Part shown: positions 9,796 through 18,379 of the stretch, one piece after another
Layout: each line of letters begins with the position of its first letter
Position numbering within the stretch: the stretch's first letter is position 1
Assembly: GCA_963779415.1 (NCBI GenBank)
Contig: CAVZYA010000002.1
Location: 96,001-160,000 of the forward strand
Length of the DNA: 64,000 nucleotides
Reading direction: 5' to 3'
Source of the DNA: an uncultured Acidobacteriota bacterium
GTDB taxonomy: Bacteria > Acidobacteriota > Thermoanaerobaculia > UBA5066
Position numbers and translations under genes: made by a program
The notes under the pieces: generated by a model
What the model was told of the DNA's origin: nothing
Database searches by the model: none
Seen by the model: only the letters and a program-made list of their open reading frames with translations

Positions 9796-10458
9796 ATGAC
9801 GCCGGCAACTTATGACGTGACCGACAGGCGGGAGGTTCTCCAGGCCCTTGCGGACGGAACACCCGCCGCTTTTGCGACCGATCAGGACGATCGGATCGTC
9901 TTCTGGAACTCGGGCGCCGTCCGGCTTCTCAACCGGGAACCGGACGAGGTTCTCGGACGGAGGGCGCACCGCGTCTTCAAGGAACGCGACCTCTTCGTCC
10001 ATGGGCTTCGCGGCATGAACGTCACCCTCTTGATGATTCCGGGACGGCGCAGCCATCTCTTCACCGTGGTCCACATCCTCCAGGCTCTCGACGACCAGGA
10101 CCTTCCGTCGACCGCCCGTCAGTCTCTCTCCAACTCCTCGTCCTCCTCTTTACGTTCCTTCGCCCCTCCCGTCCCCCTCCGGCTCGCCGTCCCGGATCGT
10201 CCTCCTCTCACCTGTCGCGAGCGGCAGATCCTCGAGCTGATCGCCACCGGCCTCCAGAACAAGGAGGTCGCGCGCGAGCTCTCGATCAGCTCCGTGACGG
10301 TGCGCAATCACGTCCAGAACATCCTCGCGAAGCTGGATGTCCACTCGAAGCTGGAGGCCGTCTCCCTGGCCTACCGCCGGGCGTGGGTTTCGAGCCCGAT
10401 GCGTGGCGCTGCGCCGCCACCTCCGGTCGGTCTCGCGTTCTCGGGCGCGATCGCCTAG
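9796..10458 (+). CDS. PAS domain + LuxR HTH transcriptional regulator
   Basis: PAS-like IVFWNSGAVRLL; LuxR HTH LTCRERQILELIATGLQNKEVARELSISSVTVRNHVQNILAKL. Confidence 0.85.
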   Translation: MTPATYDVTDRREVLQALADGTPAAFATDQDDRIVFWNSGAVRLLNREPDEVLGRRAHRVFKERDLFVHGLRGMNVTLLMIPGRRSHLFTVVHILQALDDQDLPSTARQSLSNSSSSSLRSFAPPVPLRLAVPDRPPLTCRERQILELIATGLQNKEVARELSISSVTVRNHVQNILAKLDVHSKLEAVSLAYRRAWVSSPMRGAAPPPPVGLAFSGAIA

Positions 10459-12167
10459 GGCCGAGAAAGCGGCAGCTCCACGACGGCGTCCGTCCCTCCG
10501 CCGGAGGGCGTCGCCAGCGTGAGGGTGCCGCCGTGCGCCTCGACGAGGCGCCGCGCGATCGAGAGGCCGAGCCCCGTTCCGCGATGTTTCGTCGTGAAGA
10601 AGGGCTCGAAGACCTTCTCGCCGAGGTCGGGAGGGATGCCGGGGCCTCCGTCGCGGACGACGACGCGGCAACGCCCCGCATCCGGGACGATGGTCACGCC
10701 GAGCGGTCCTTTTCCTCCGGTCGCCTGCGCCCCGTTGAGGAGCAGGTTGTGGAAAACGTCCCGGAGTAAGTCCGTGTCGGCCGCGAGCGTCACTTCCGGC
10801 CCCTCCACGGGGATCTCGAGGCCGGCGCACGAGGGGTCCGACGCGAGGAGCGCCGCGGTCTCCCGGAGGAGAGAACGGAGGGGAAAGCGCGAGAAGCGCG
10901 GCTCGCGAGGACGGGCGAACTCGAGGAGGTCCTGCACGAGGGCGTTCAGCCCCTTCAGCCGCTCGAGGACTTCGGTGAGGATCTCGCGGTCGGACGCCCC
11001 GGCGGGAAGACGGTCACGAAGGACCTGAATCGCCCCGCCGATCCCGGCGAGCGGATTCTTCACCTCGTGCGCGACGACGGCGGCCATCGTCCCGAGGCGC
11101 GCGAGCGCCTCTTGCAGCACGAGCTTCTCCTCGGCTTCCTTCCGCTCGGTCACGTCCACGGAGACGGCCACGGCTCCGACGACCGCGCCCCCCTGCCCGC
11201 GGAGCGGGACGTAGTGGTTTTCCCACCGGCGGCCTCCCGCCTTTCCGCCCGCCGTGAACGCCTCGCCCTGAAGGACGCGCCGCGTCTGCTCGACGACCCA
11301 TTCCTCCGATCCGAAAAGGGAGACGACGGACCGGCCCGCAAGGTCGCCGGCACCGGCCCCGAGGGCGGTGAGCAGCTCGCCGTCCGCGAAGGTGATCCGG
11401 CCGTCGGCGTCGAGGCGGAGGAGGAGGACCGGCGCGTTCCGCAGGACGAAGGCGAGGCGCTCCTCGGCCGCCTTCCGCCTCGAGATGTTGTGCGCAATGG
11501 TCGAGGCGCCGGTGATCCGGCCGTCCGCGTCACGGATCGGCGAGATGCGGAGGGAGACCCATGCCTCGCTCCCATCCGGCCGAAGCCGCCGCATCTCGAT
11601 CTTCTCCAGCGTCTCGCCAGCCGCGATCCGCGCGAGAAGCCCTTCGACGTCGCGCTCGCCGGCCGGAACCAGCTCCCGGAGCCGTTGCCCCACGACGGAG
11701 GCCGCGGAGACGCCGAAGAGCCGCTCGGCGCCGGCGTTGAAGCTCGTGACCGTCCCGTCCAGCGTTGTCCCGAGAATGGCCTCGTCGGAAGACTTCACGA
11801 TCGCCGAGAGGTGCTCGATGACCAGATCGCGGCGCTTTCTCCACGTGATGGCTGCCGCGAGAGCCCAGAGGATCGCAACGGCGCTCGCGCGGTTCACCAG
11901 GACGACGGCGAGCGGGACGGCGAGGCGCCCCGACACGACGACGTCGATCAGGATGAGGAGCGTCGCCGCCGAGGCGGCCATGACGGAGTAACGGGCTCCC
12001 GGGACCCAGAGGCCGAGAAGGACCGGAATCGCGTAGAGGATCCCGTCCAGATAGCCGAGGGGGGTCAGGAGGTCTCCGACGAAGACGGCGACGAGCGTCA
12101 GGATCCCGACGACGCCGGTGGCGAAGCGTCTCGGGCTTGCAGGGGTACCCGTCGGAAGGTCGCTCAC
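10455..12167 (-). CDS. Membrane PAS-PAS sensor histidine kinase
   Basis: N-terminal TM segments, two PAS domains, H-box AHEVKNPL, N-box NLLLNG, DGGPG, FEPFFTTK and GTGLGL. Start approximate. Confidence 0.9.
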   Translation of the reverse strand: MSDLPTGTPASPRRFATGVVGILTLVAVFVGDLLTPLGYLDGILYAIPVLLGLWVPGARYSVMAASAATLLILIDVVVSGRLAVPLAVVLVNRASAVAILWALAAAITWRKRRDLVIEHLSAIVKSSDEAILGTTLDGTVTSFNAGAERLFGVSAASVVGQRLRELVPAGERDVEGLLARIAAGETLEKIEMRRLRPDGSEAWVSLRISPIRDADGRITGASTIAHNISRRKAAEERLAFVLRNAPVLLLRLDADGRITFADGELLTALGAGAGDLAGRSVVSLFGSEEWVVEQTRRVLQGEAFTAGGKAGGRRWENHYVPLRGQGGAVVGAVAVSVDVTERKEAEEKLVLQEALARLGTMAAVVAHEVKNPLAGIGGAIQVLRDRLPAGASDREILTEVLERLKGLNALVQDLLEFARPREPRFSRFPLRSLLRETAALLASDPSCAGLEIPVEGPEVTLAADTDLLRDVFHNLLLNGAQATGGKGPLGVTIVPDAGRCRVVVRDGGPGIPPDLGEKVFEPFFTTKHRGTGLGLSIARRLVEAHGGTLTLATPSGGGTDAVVELPLSRP

Positions 12168-12239
12168 GGGAGACAGGAGGGATCGTACCGGTTCGGGTAT
12201 GGATCCTGCACGCACCCCGGTGGAGGAGTTTGTTCGATC

Positions 12240-12623
12240 GTGCCCGCGAAATCCGGCTCCCCGAAACCTCGACTCCTCGTCGCGGATGAAGACCGGCTGC
12301 TCCGCTGGTCGCTCCGGGAGAAGTTCGCCTCGGCGGGGTGGGAGGTCCTCGAGGCCGGGGAGGGCCTTGCGGCGCTCGACCTCCTCGCTCCGGGGCGGCT
12401 TGACCTCGCGCTCGTGGCGGTCTCGCTTCCGGACCTCGACGGCGCCGCGCTCGCGGCCCGGCTCTTCGCAGCGCATCCCGGTGCCCGGATCGTCCTGATG
12501 ACGTCGGCCGAGCGCTCCGGGGCCGTCGCGTCCTGGGCCGGCGGCTGGCCTCTCGTGGAGAAACCGTTCGACCTTGACGAGCTGGTCGCGTGGGCGTCGT
12601 CCTTCCACGCCGCTTCGAGATAA
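12240..12623 (+). CDS. Stand-alone receiver domain lacking the phosphoacceptor Asp
   Basis: LLVADED...DLALVAVSLPDLDG...LMT...EKPFDLDEL; corresponds to the C-terminal part of ORF 11067..12623; GGAGGAG lies upstream of GTG 12240. Confidence 0.78.
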   Translation: MPAKSGSPKPRLLVADEDRLLRWSLREKFASAGWEVLEAGEGLAALDLLAPGRLDLALVAVSLPDLDGAALAARLFAAHPGARIVLMTSAERSGAVASWAGGWPLVEKPFDLDELVAWASSFHAASR

Positions 12624-12630
12624 TGGCGGG

Positions 12631-14004
12631 ATGGCCCGTCCCAGGATCCTGGTCGTCGACGACGAGCGTCTGATCCGCTGGACTCTTCGCGAGCGGCTCG
12701 AGGAAGCGGGCTACGCCGTCGTGGAAGCCGGGACGGGGACGGAAGCGCTGGCCCTCGCGGACGAGGGGGCGGATCTCGTCCTGCTCGACTTCCGGCTCCC
12801 GGATCTCGACGGACTCGAGGTGCTGAGGCAGCTCCGCGACCGGCACGCGGAGATGATCGTCATCCTCATCACGGCCCTCGCGACCGTCGAGAACGCCGTC
12901 GAGGCGATGAAGCGGGGGGCGTGGCACTATCTCAACAAGCCGATCGACCTCGACGAGCTTCTTCTCCTCGTCGGGAAAGCCCTCGAGACGACCCGCCTGC
13001 GCCGGGAGGTGAAGAGCCTCAAGGCGAAGGAATCGGCGGGCTACTCCTTCGACCGGATCATCGGAGAGTCGGGGGCGATGCGCGCCGCCAAGGAGCTGCT
13101 CCGGAAGATCGCGCTCTCCCCGGCCTCCACCGTCCTTCTCGTCGGGGAAAGCGGCACCGGGAAGGACCTCGCCGCGAAGGTGATCCATTACGAGAGCGCG
13201 CGCGCCGACGGCGTCTTCCAGAACATCACCTGCTCGGCGCTTCCCGAATCGCTCCTCGAAAGCGAGCTCTTCGGGCACGAACGGGGCGCCTTCACCGACG
13301 CCAAGCAGCAGAAGCCGGGCCTTCTCGAGCAGGCGGACGGCGGGACGGTCTTCCTCGACGAGATCGGTGAGATGACCCCTGCCCTCCAGGCGAAGCTTCT
13401 CCGGTTCCTGGAAGAGAAGACCTTCCGGCGCGTCGGAGGGACGGCCGATCTTCAGGTCGACGTCCGTGTCGTCGCGGCGACGAACCGGAATCTCGAGGAG
13501 CACGTCCGCTCCGAGCGCTTCCGCGAGGACCTCTACTACAGGCTCCGCGTCCTGCCGGTGACGTTGCCGCCGCTCCGCGAGCGGACGGGCGACGTCGCCC
13601 TTCTCGCGTCGCACTTCGTCTCGCAGTACGCGCGCGAGTTCCGGAAAGGGGTCTGGGGGCTGACGGCCGACGCGATCCGGCGTCTCGAGGCGTACGGCTG
13701 GCCCGGGAACGTCCGCGAGCTCAAGAACGCGGTGGAGAGAGCCGTCCTTCTGGCCGAGGGGGAGAGGCTCCTCCCGGAGGACTTTCTCCTCGGTACCGCC
13801 GGCGGAGGTGCCGCCGACGCGTTCAGGCTTCCTCCCGCGGGCGTCGACCTCGAAGAGCTGGAGCGGGACCTCGTCGTCCAGGCGCTCCGGCGGACGGGCG
13901 GCAACCAGACGCAGGCGGCGAAGCTTCTCCGCCTGAACCGCGACCAGATCCGTTACCGGGTCGAGAAGTTCGGACTCGAGAAGCCGGAGCCGTCCGGCCG
14001 CTGA
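12631..14004 (+). CDS. Sigma54-dependent response regulator (NtrC/AtoC family)
   Basis: REC domain (LVLLD), Walker A GESGTGKD, ESELFGHERGAFTDA, FLDEIGE, WPGNVREL and a Fis HTH. Confidence 0.95.
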   Translation: MARPRILVVDDERLIRWTLRERLEEAGYAVVEAGTGTEALALADEGADLVLLDFRLPDLDGLEVLRQLRDRHAEMIVILITALATVENAVEAMKRGAWHYLNKPIDLDELLLLVGKALETTRLRREVKSLKAKESAGYSFDRIIGESGAMRAAKELLRKIALSPASTVLLVGESGTGKDLAAKVIHYESARADGVFQNITCSALPESLLESELFGHERGAFTDAKQQKPGLLEQADGGTVFLDEIGEMTPALQAKLLRFLEEKTFRRVGGTADLQVDVRVVAATNRNLEEHVRSERFREDLYYRLRVLPVTLPPLRERTGDVALLASHFVSQYAREFRKGVWGLTADAIRRLEAYGWPGNVRELKNAVERAVLLAEGERLLPEDFLLGTAGGGAADAFRLPPAGVDLEELERDLVVQALRRTGGNQTQAAKLLRLNRDQIRYRVEKFGLEKPEPSGR

Positions 14005-14058
14005 CGTGCCGGCTTTTCCGCTGCCGCGACGACGGCCGGGAAGAGCAGAATCGACGCC

Positions 14059-15840
14059 ATGAGCCGACTCGACCCGCACTCGTACACCGACGGCGCTCAG
14101 CCGCGCGTGACCCACCTCGGACTCGACCTCGCCGCCGATTTCGACCGCCGCGTCCTGTCCGGAACGGCCGTCCTCACGCTCGCGTCTCCCGCGGACGGGG
14201 CGCTCGACCTCGACACGAAGGGGCTCAGGGTCCACGAGGTACGGACCGAGAGCGGCGGCGCCGTGGCATTCGCCCTCGCCGACGAGGAGCCGATTCTCGG
14301 CCGGAAGCTCTCCCTCCAGCTCCCCTCGGGGACACGGCGCATCGCGATCCGGTACGAGACCTCGCCGGAAGCCGTCGCCCTCCAGTGGCTCGACCCTGCA
14401 CAGACCGCCGGGGGGAAGCATCCTTTTCTCTACAGCCAGTGCCAGGCGATCCACGCGCGGACGGTGATCCCGCTCCCGGACACGCCCGCCCGCCGCCTCA
14501 CCTACAGCGCGGCCCTGACCCTTCCCGAGCCTCTCTCGGCCGTCATGTCGGCGGGCCCGGCCGGGGAGCGCCCCGGGGCGCGCCGCGGGACGCGGACGTA
14601 CGGCTTCGAGATGCCGCAGCCGATCCCGACCTATCTTCTCGCCCTCGCCGCGGGGCGGCTCGCCGCCCGCGACCTCTCGCCGCGCTCACGCGTCCACGCC
14701 GAGCCCGAAATCGTGGAGCGCGCGGCGCGGGAGTTCGACGGCGTCGAGACGATGATCCGGACGGCCGAGGGGCTCTTCGGCCCCTACGTCTGGGACCGGT
14801 ACGACATGCTCGTCCTCCCTCCCTCCTTTCCCTACGGCGGGATGGAGAACCCGCGGATGACGTTCCTGACGCCGACGGTGATCGCGGGGGACCGCTCGCT
14901 CGTCGACGTCGTCGCGCACGAGCTTTCCCACTCCTGGACGGGGAACCTCGTCACGAACGCGACGATGGACCACTTCTGGCTGAACGAGGGGGCGACGACG
15001 TGGGCCGAGCGGCGGATCCTCGAGGCTCTGCACGGACCCGACGTCGCGCTCCTCTCCTGGGCGGCCGGCGAGACGGCGCTCTCGCTCGCCTTCGAGCGTT
15101 TCGGGGCCGGGTCGCCCCTGACGAAGCTCCGGACCGACCTTTCGGGCGTCGATCCGGACGAGGCTTTTTCCTCGATCCCGTACGAGAAGGGGGCGCGCTT
15201 CTTCGCCCTCCTCGAGCGGACGACGGGGCGCGAGCGGTTCGACCGCTTCATCGCCGACTACATCGCGCGATTCCGTTTCACGTCGATCACGTCGGAGACG
15301 TTCGTCGCCTTCCTCGACGAGAAGCTCCCGGGCCTCTCGAAGGAGATCCGGGCGGACGACTGGCTCTACGGGACCGGCCTTCCGGCGAACGCGCCCGCCT
15401 TCCATTCGGCGCGCCTTTCGGAGCTCAAGGAGCTCGGGGCCCGCTTCGCCGCCGGGCCGCGGACGGATCGGGCGACGCTCTCGCGCTTTTCGCCGGCCGA
15501 GATGCTCGTCTTCCTCCAGCACGTCCCGCGACCGCTCCCGCCGAGGGGTGCGGCCGATCTCGAAGCGCTCACGGGGTTCCTCGGACAGGGAAACCACGAG
15601 CTTCTCGTCGAGGGGCTGACGATCGCGGCCGCCTCGGACTGGGAGCCCGCCTTCCCGAGGATCCGCGAAGTCCTCGCCTCGGTCGGCCGGATGAAGTACC
15701 TCCGCCCGCTCTACAAGGCGCTCGGCGCCTCGTCCCGGACGCGGGCGCTCGCCCGTGAGATCTTCGGGGAGGCGCGGCCCCGCTATCACGCCCTTTCTCG
15801 CCGCGTCGTCGAGTCGGCTCTCGAGGCCTGGCCGTCATGA
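14059..15840 (+). CDS. M1 aminopeptidase (leukotriene A4 hydrolase-like)
   Basis: GGMEN, HELSH-X18-E (WLNEG), PYEKG and C-terminal GRMKYLRPLY. Confidence 0.93.
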   Translation: MSRLDPHSYTDGAQPRVTHLGLDLAADFDRRVLSGTAVLTLASPADGALDLDTKGLRVHEVRTESGGAVAFALADEEPILGRKLSLQLPSGTRRIAIRYETSPEAVALQWLDPAQTAGGKHPFLYSQCQAIHARTVIPLPDTPARRLTYSAALTLPEPLSAVMSAGPAGERPGARRGTRTYGFEMPQPIPTYLLALAAGRLAARDLSPRSRVHAEPEIVERAAREFDGVETMIRTAEGLFGPYVWDRYDMLVLPPSFPYGGMENPRMTFLTPTVIAGDRSLVDVVAHELSHSWTGNLVTNATMDHFWLNEGATTWAERRILEALHGPDVALLSWAAGETALSLAFERFGAGSPLTKLRTDLSGVDPDEAFSSIPYEKGARFFALLERTTGRERFDRFIADYIARFRFTSITSETFVAFLDEKLPGLSKEIRADDWLYGTGLPANAPAFHSARLSELKELGARFAAGPRTDRATLSRFSPAEMLVFLQHVPRPLPPRGAADLEALTGFLGQGNHELLVEGLTIAAASDWEPAFPRIREVLASVGRMKYLRPLYKALGASSRTRALAREIFGEARPRYHALSRRVVESALEAWPS

Positions 15841-17474
15841 GCGCTGCGGCGGAGAATCTCACGCGGCTTCTCGCGGCGAGCCTCGCCGCGAATGCGGAGC
15901 GCCCCGCCTTCACGGACGACGGCGAGGGGACGCTCACGTACGGCGAAGTCGCCTCGCGCGTGGCCCGCCTCCACGCCCTCTTCCGCGCCCTCCACGTGAA
16001 GAGGGGGGACAGGATCGCCCTCCTCGGACGGAACTCGTCGGCATGGGCCACCGTCTACCTCTCGGCGCTCTCGTACGGGGCGGCCGTCGTTCCGATTCTT
16101 CCCGACTTCAAGCGCGAGGACGTCCAGCACATCGTCCGGCACTCGGACGCGGTCCTCCTCTTCGTCCAGGAGACCCTCGCCTCCGGCCTCGAGTACGACC
16201 GGATGCCGGAGCTCTCCGCGACGATCTCGCTCGAGTCGTTCCGGCTCCTTTTCGCCGCGCGCGACCGGACCGCACGCGCCGCCGAGGCCGCCCTCGCCGC
16301 CCCTGCCGGCGCTCCGGTCTTCGAGGAGATCCCGCTCTCCGAGACCGCAGCCATCGTCTACACCTCGGGGACGACCGGCTTCTCGAAGGGGGTCGTACTC
16401 CCCCACGAGAGCCTCCTCGTGAACATCCAGTTCGCGATGCGGCACATGCCGCTTGCGGCCGGCGACACGATCGTTTCGTTTCTCCCGCTCGCGCATGCCT
16501 TCGGCTGCGCTTTCGAGTTCCTCTTTCCCTTCGCCGCGGGGTGTCATGTCACCTTCGTGAACCAGCTTCCAGCGCCGGCCGTCCTGCTCCGCGTCTTCCA
16601 GAGGGTCCGCCCGCGACTCATCCTCTCGGTTCCGCTCGTCCTCGAGAAGATCTACCGCAAGCAGATCCGCCCCCTCCTCGACCGGCCGGTCCCGCGCCTT
16701 CTCCTCCGGGTCCCGCTCCTCCGGAGACGGCTCGGCGCGCGCGTGAAGGCGAAGCTCTCGGCAGCCTTCGGCGGGAACTTCCGCGAGATCGTCGTCGGCG
16801 GCGCCGCGCTCTCGCCGGAGGTCGAGTCCTTCCTGATGGAGATCGGGTTCCCCCTGACGGTGGGTTACGGGATGACGGAGTGCGGACCGCTCATCAGCTA
16901 CGCGGCGTGGTCGGAGCACCGGGCCGGGGCGGTCGGACGGATCATCGACACCCTCGAGGCCCGGATCGACTCGCCCGACCCAAGGAAGGTCCCGGGCGAG
17001 GTCCTCGTTCGCGGCCGGAGCCTCTTTGCCGGCTATCACAAGAACCCCGAGGCGACGCGCGAGGCAATCGACGCCTCCGGCTGGCTTCGGACCGGCGATC
17101 TCGGCCTTCTCGACGAGGGCGGGTTCCTGACGCTCAAGGGACGCGAAAAGACGATGCTCCTCGGCGCCTCGGGGCAAAACATCTACCCCGAGGAGATCGA
17201 GGCGAAGCTGAACGCGCTCCCCTTCGTCGGCGAGTCGCTCGTCCTCGAGAAAGGGGGGCGCCTCGTCGCCCTCGTCTATCCCGACCTCGAACGGGTCGAC
17301 GCGGAGCACGTCTCCGAGTCGGAACTCGCCCGGAAGATGGAGGAGAACCGCGCGGTACTGAACGCTCTTCTCCCTCCTTACGCCGCCGTCTCGAGACTCG
17401 ACCTCTGGCCCGAGGAGTTCATCAAGACGCCGACCCGGAAGATCAAGCGCTTTCTTTACACGCTCCCCTCCTGA
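15837..17474 (+). CDS. Long-chain acyl-CoA synthetase (AMP-binding)
   Basis: YTSGTTGFSKG, GYGMTE, WLRTGDLG, NIYPEEIE and KIKR motifs. Confidence 0.9.
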   Translation: MSAAAENLTRLLAASLAANAERPAFTDDGEGTLTYGEVASRVARLHALFRALHVKRGDRIALLGRNSSAWATVYLSALSYGAAVVPILPDFKREDVQHIVRHSDAVLLFVQETLASGLEYDRMPELSATISLESFRLLFAARDRTARAAEAALAAPAGAPVFEEIPLSETAAIVYTSGTTGFSKGVVLPHESLLVNIQFAMRHMPLAAGDTIVSFLPLAHAFGCAFEFLFPFAAGCHVTFVNQLPAPAVLLRVFQRVRPRLILSVPLVLEKIYRKQIRPLLDRPVPRLLLRVPLLRRRLGARVKAKLSAAFGGNFREIVVGGAALSPEVESFLMEIGFPLTVGYGMTECGPLISYAAWSEHRAGAVGRIIDTLEARIDSPDPRKVPGEVLVRGRSLFAGYHKNPEATREAIDASGWLRTGDLGLLDEGGFLTLKGREKTMLLGASGQNIYPEEIEAKLNALPFVGESLVLEKGGRLVALVYPDLERVDAEHVSESELARKMEENRAVLNALLPPYAAVSRLDLWPEEFIKTPTRKIKRFLYTLPS

Positions 17475-17561
17475 GGCGGCGGCGCCCGGGCCCGGGCGCG
17501 AAAAGTTCCGGATCGAACGGGGAAAAGCCCCGCAGAGGCCGGCGAAAAGCCTGCAGACAGC

Positions 17562-17578
17562 CCGGCCCGCCCCTTGCA
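17562..17578 (+). promoter_or_regulatory. Candidate sigma54 promoter for the Acg-like gene
   Basis: CCGGCCCGCCCCTTGCA gives GG-N10-GC with TTGCA at -12. Confidence 0.5.
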
Positions 17579-17592
17579 CGCGACATCGACAG

Positions 17593-18258
17593 ATGAGGGT
17601 TTCGCCCGTCACACCGAGCATCGCGGAGTCCATAGAAGAACGGCCTTCCGGCGTCCTCGCCCGGGCCGCGCGGCGCGTCGACTTCGATGCCGGTCCTCTT
17701 CCGGAGCGCGCTCTCGCGGCCCTTGGCGGTGTCGTCCCGGCTTCCGGAGCCTTCTTGCGGTTCGTCGTGGAGGAAACCGAGCGGGCGGCCGTCGCGACCC
17801 TCGTCGCCGAAGCCGAGCGCGCTCTCTTCGCCGATCCCGGCTACCGCCTCGCGCTCGGGTCGCGCTGGAGAACGCCCCCGACGGCGGCGACGGACCGGAA
17901 GGAAGAGACCGATCCCCTCCTCCCTGTTCCCGACCTCTTCCCGGGGTTCGGGTCGTTTTACGTCTCCGGATGCGATCTCGCGGACCTGCAGGCCCGCCGC
18001 GACTTTCGTCTTGCCGCCAGCGCGCCGCTCCTCCTCGTCGTGACCGCCCCGGAGAGCCCGGAGGGGCGTGCCGCGGCGGTCGAAACCGGCCGGCGGATCG
18101 TCGTCGCCGCCGAAGAATCCGGGCTCGCGGCCAGCTTCTTCAACCAGCCGGTCTTCGCCCCCGAAGCGGGTCGTCGGCTCTCCGCTCGGCTCGCCCTCCC
18201 CGCGCCGCCGCAGCTTCTCCTCGCCGTCGGCGTGTTGCGGGGCTCTTCTCGCGGTTGA
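17593..18258 (+). CDS. Acg-family nitroreductase-fold protein (C-terminal half only)
   Basis: LVAEAERALFADPGYR, GLAASFFNQP and PQLLLAVG resemble the Acg C-terminal domain; no N-terminal APSxHNxQPW motif. Confidence 0.6.
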   Translation: MRVSPVTPSIAESIEERPSGVLARAARRVDFDAGPLPERALAALGGVVPASGAFLRFVVEETERAAVATLVAEAERALFADPGYRLALGSRWRTPPTAATDRKEETDPLLPVPDLFPGFGSFYVSGCDLADLQARRDFRLAASAPLLLVVTAPESPEGRAAAVETGRRIVVAAEESGLAASFFNQPVFAPEAGRRLSARLALPAPPQLLLAVGVLRGSSRG

Positions 18259-18379
18259 TTCATCGGCATCACGACGAATCCTCTCCCGGGGACCCATCTT
18301 TCGTTAGGAAGGCTCTACGCATCCACGCGCGTGGGCTTGAGAGTCTTTCGCGGAGCGCCGGTGCGAAAGGAGGCTCTCC

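Noticed and set aside
11530-14454. Very long antisense or alternative-frame ORFs (also 38346..41039, 40472..42532, 32907..35114)
   Set aside because: Shadow ORFs typical of high-GC DNA overlapping well-supported genes; Arg/Pro/Gly-rich with no motifs.
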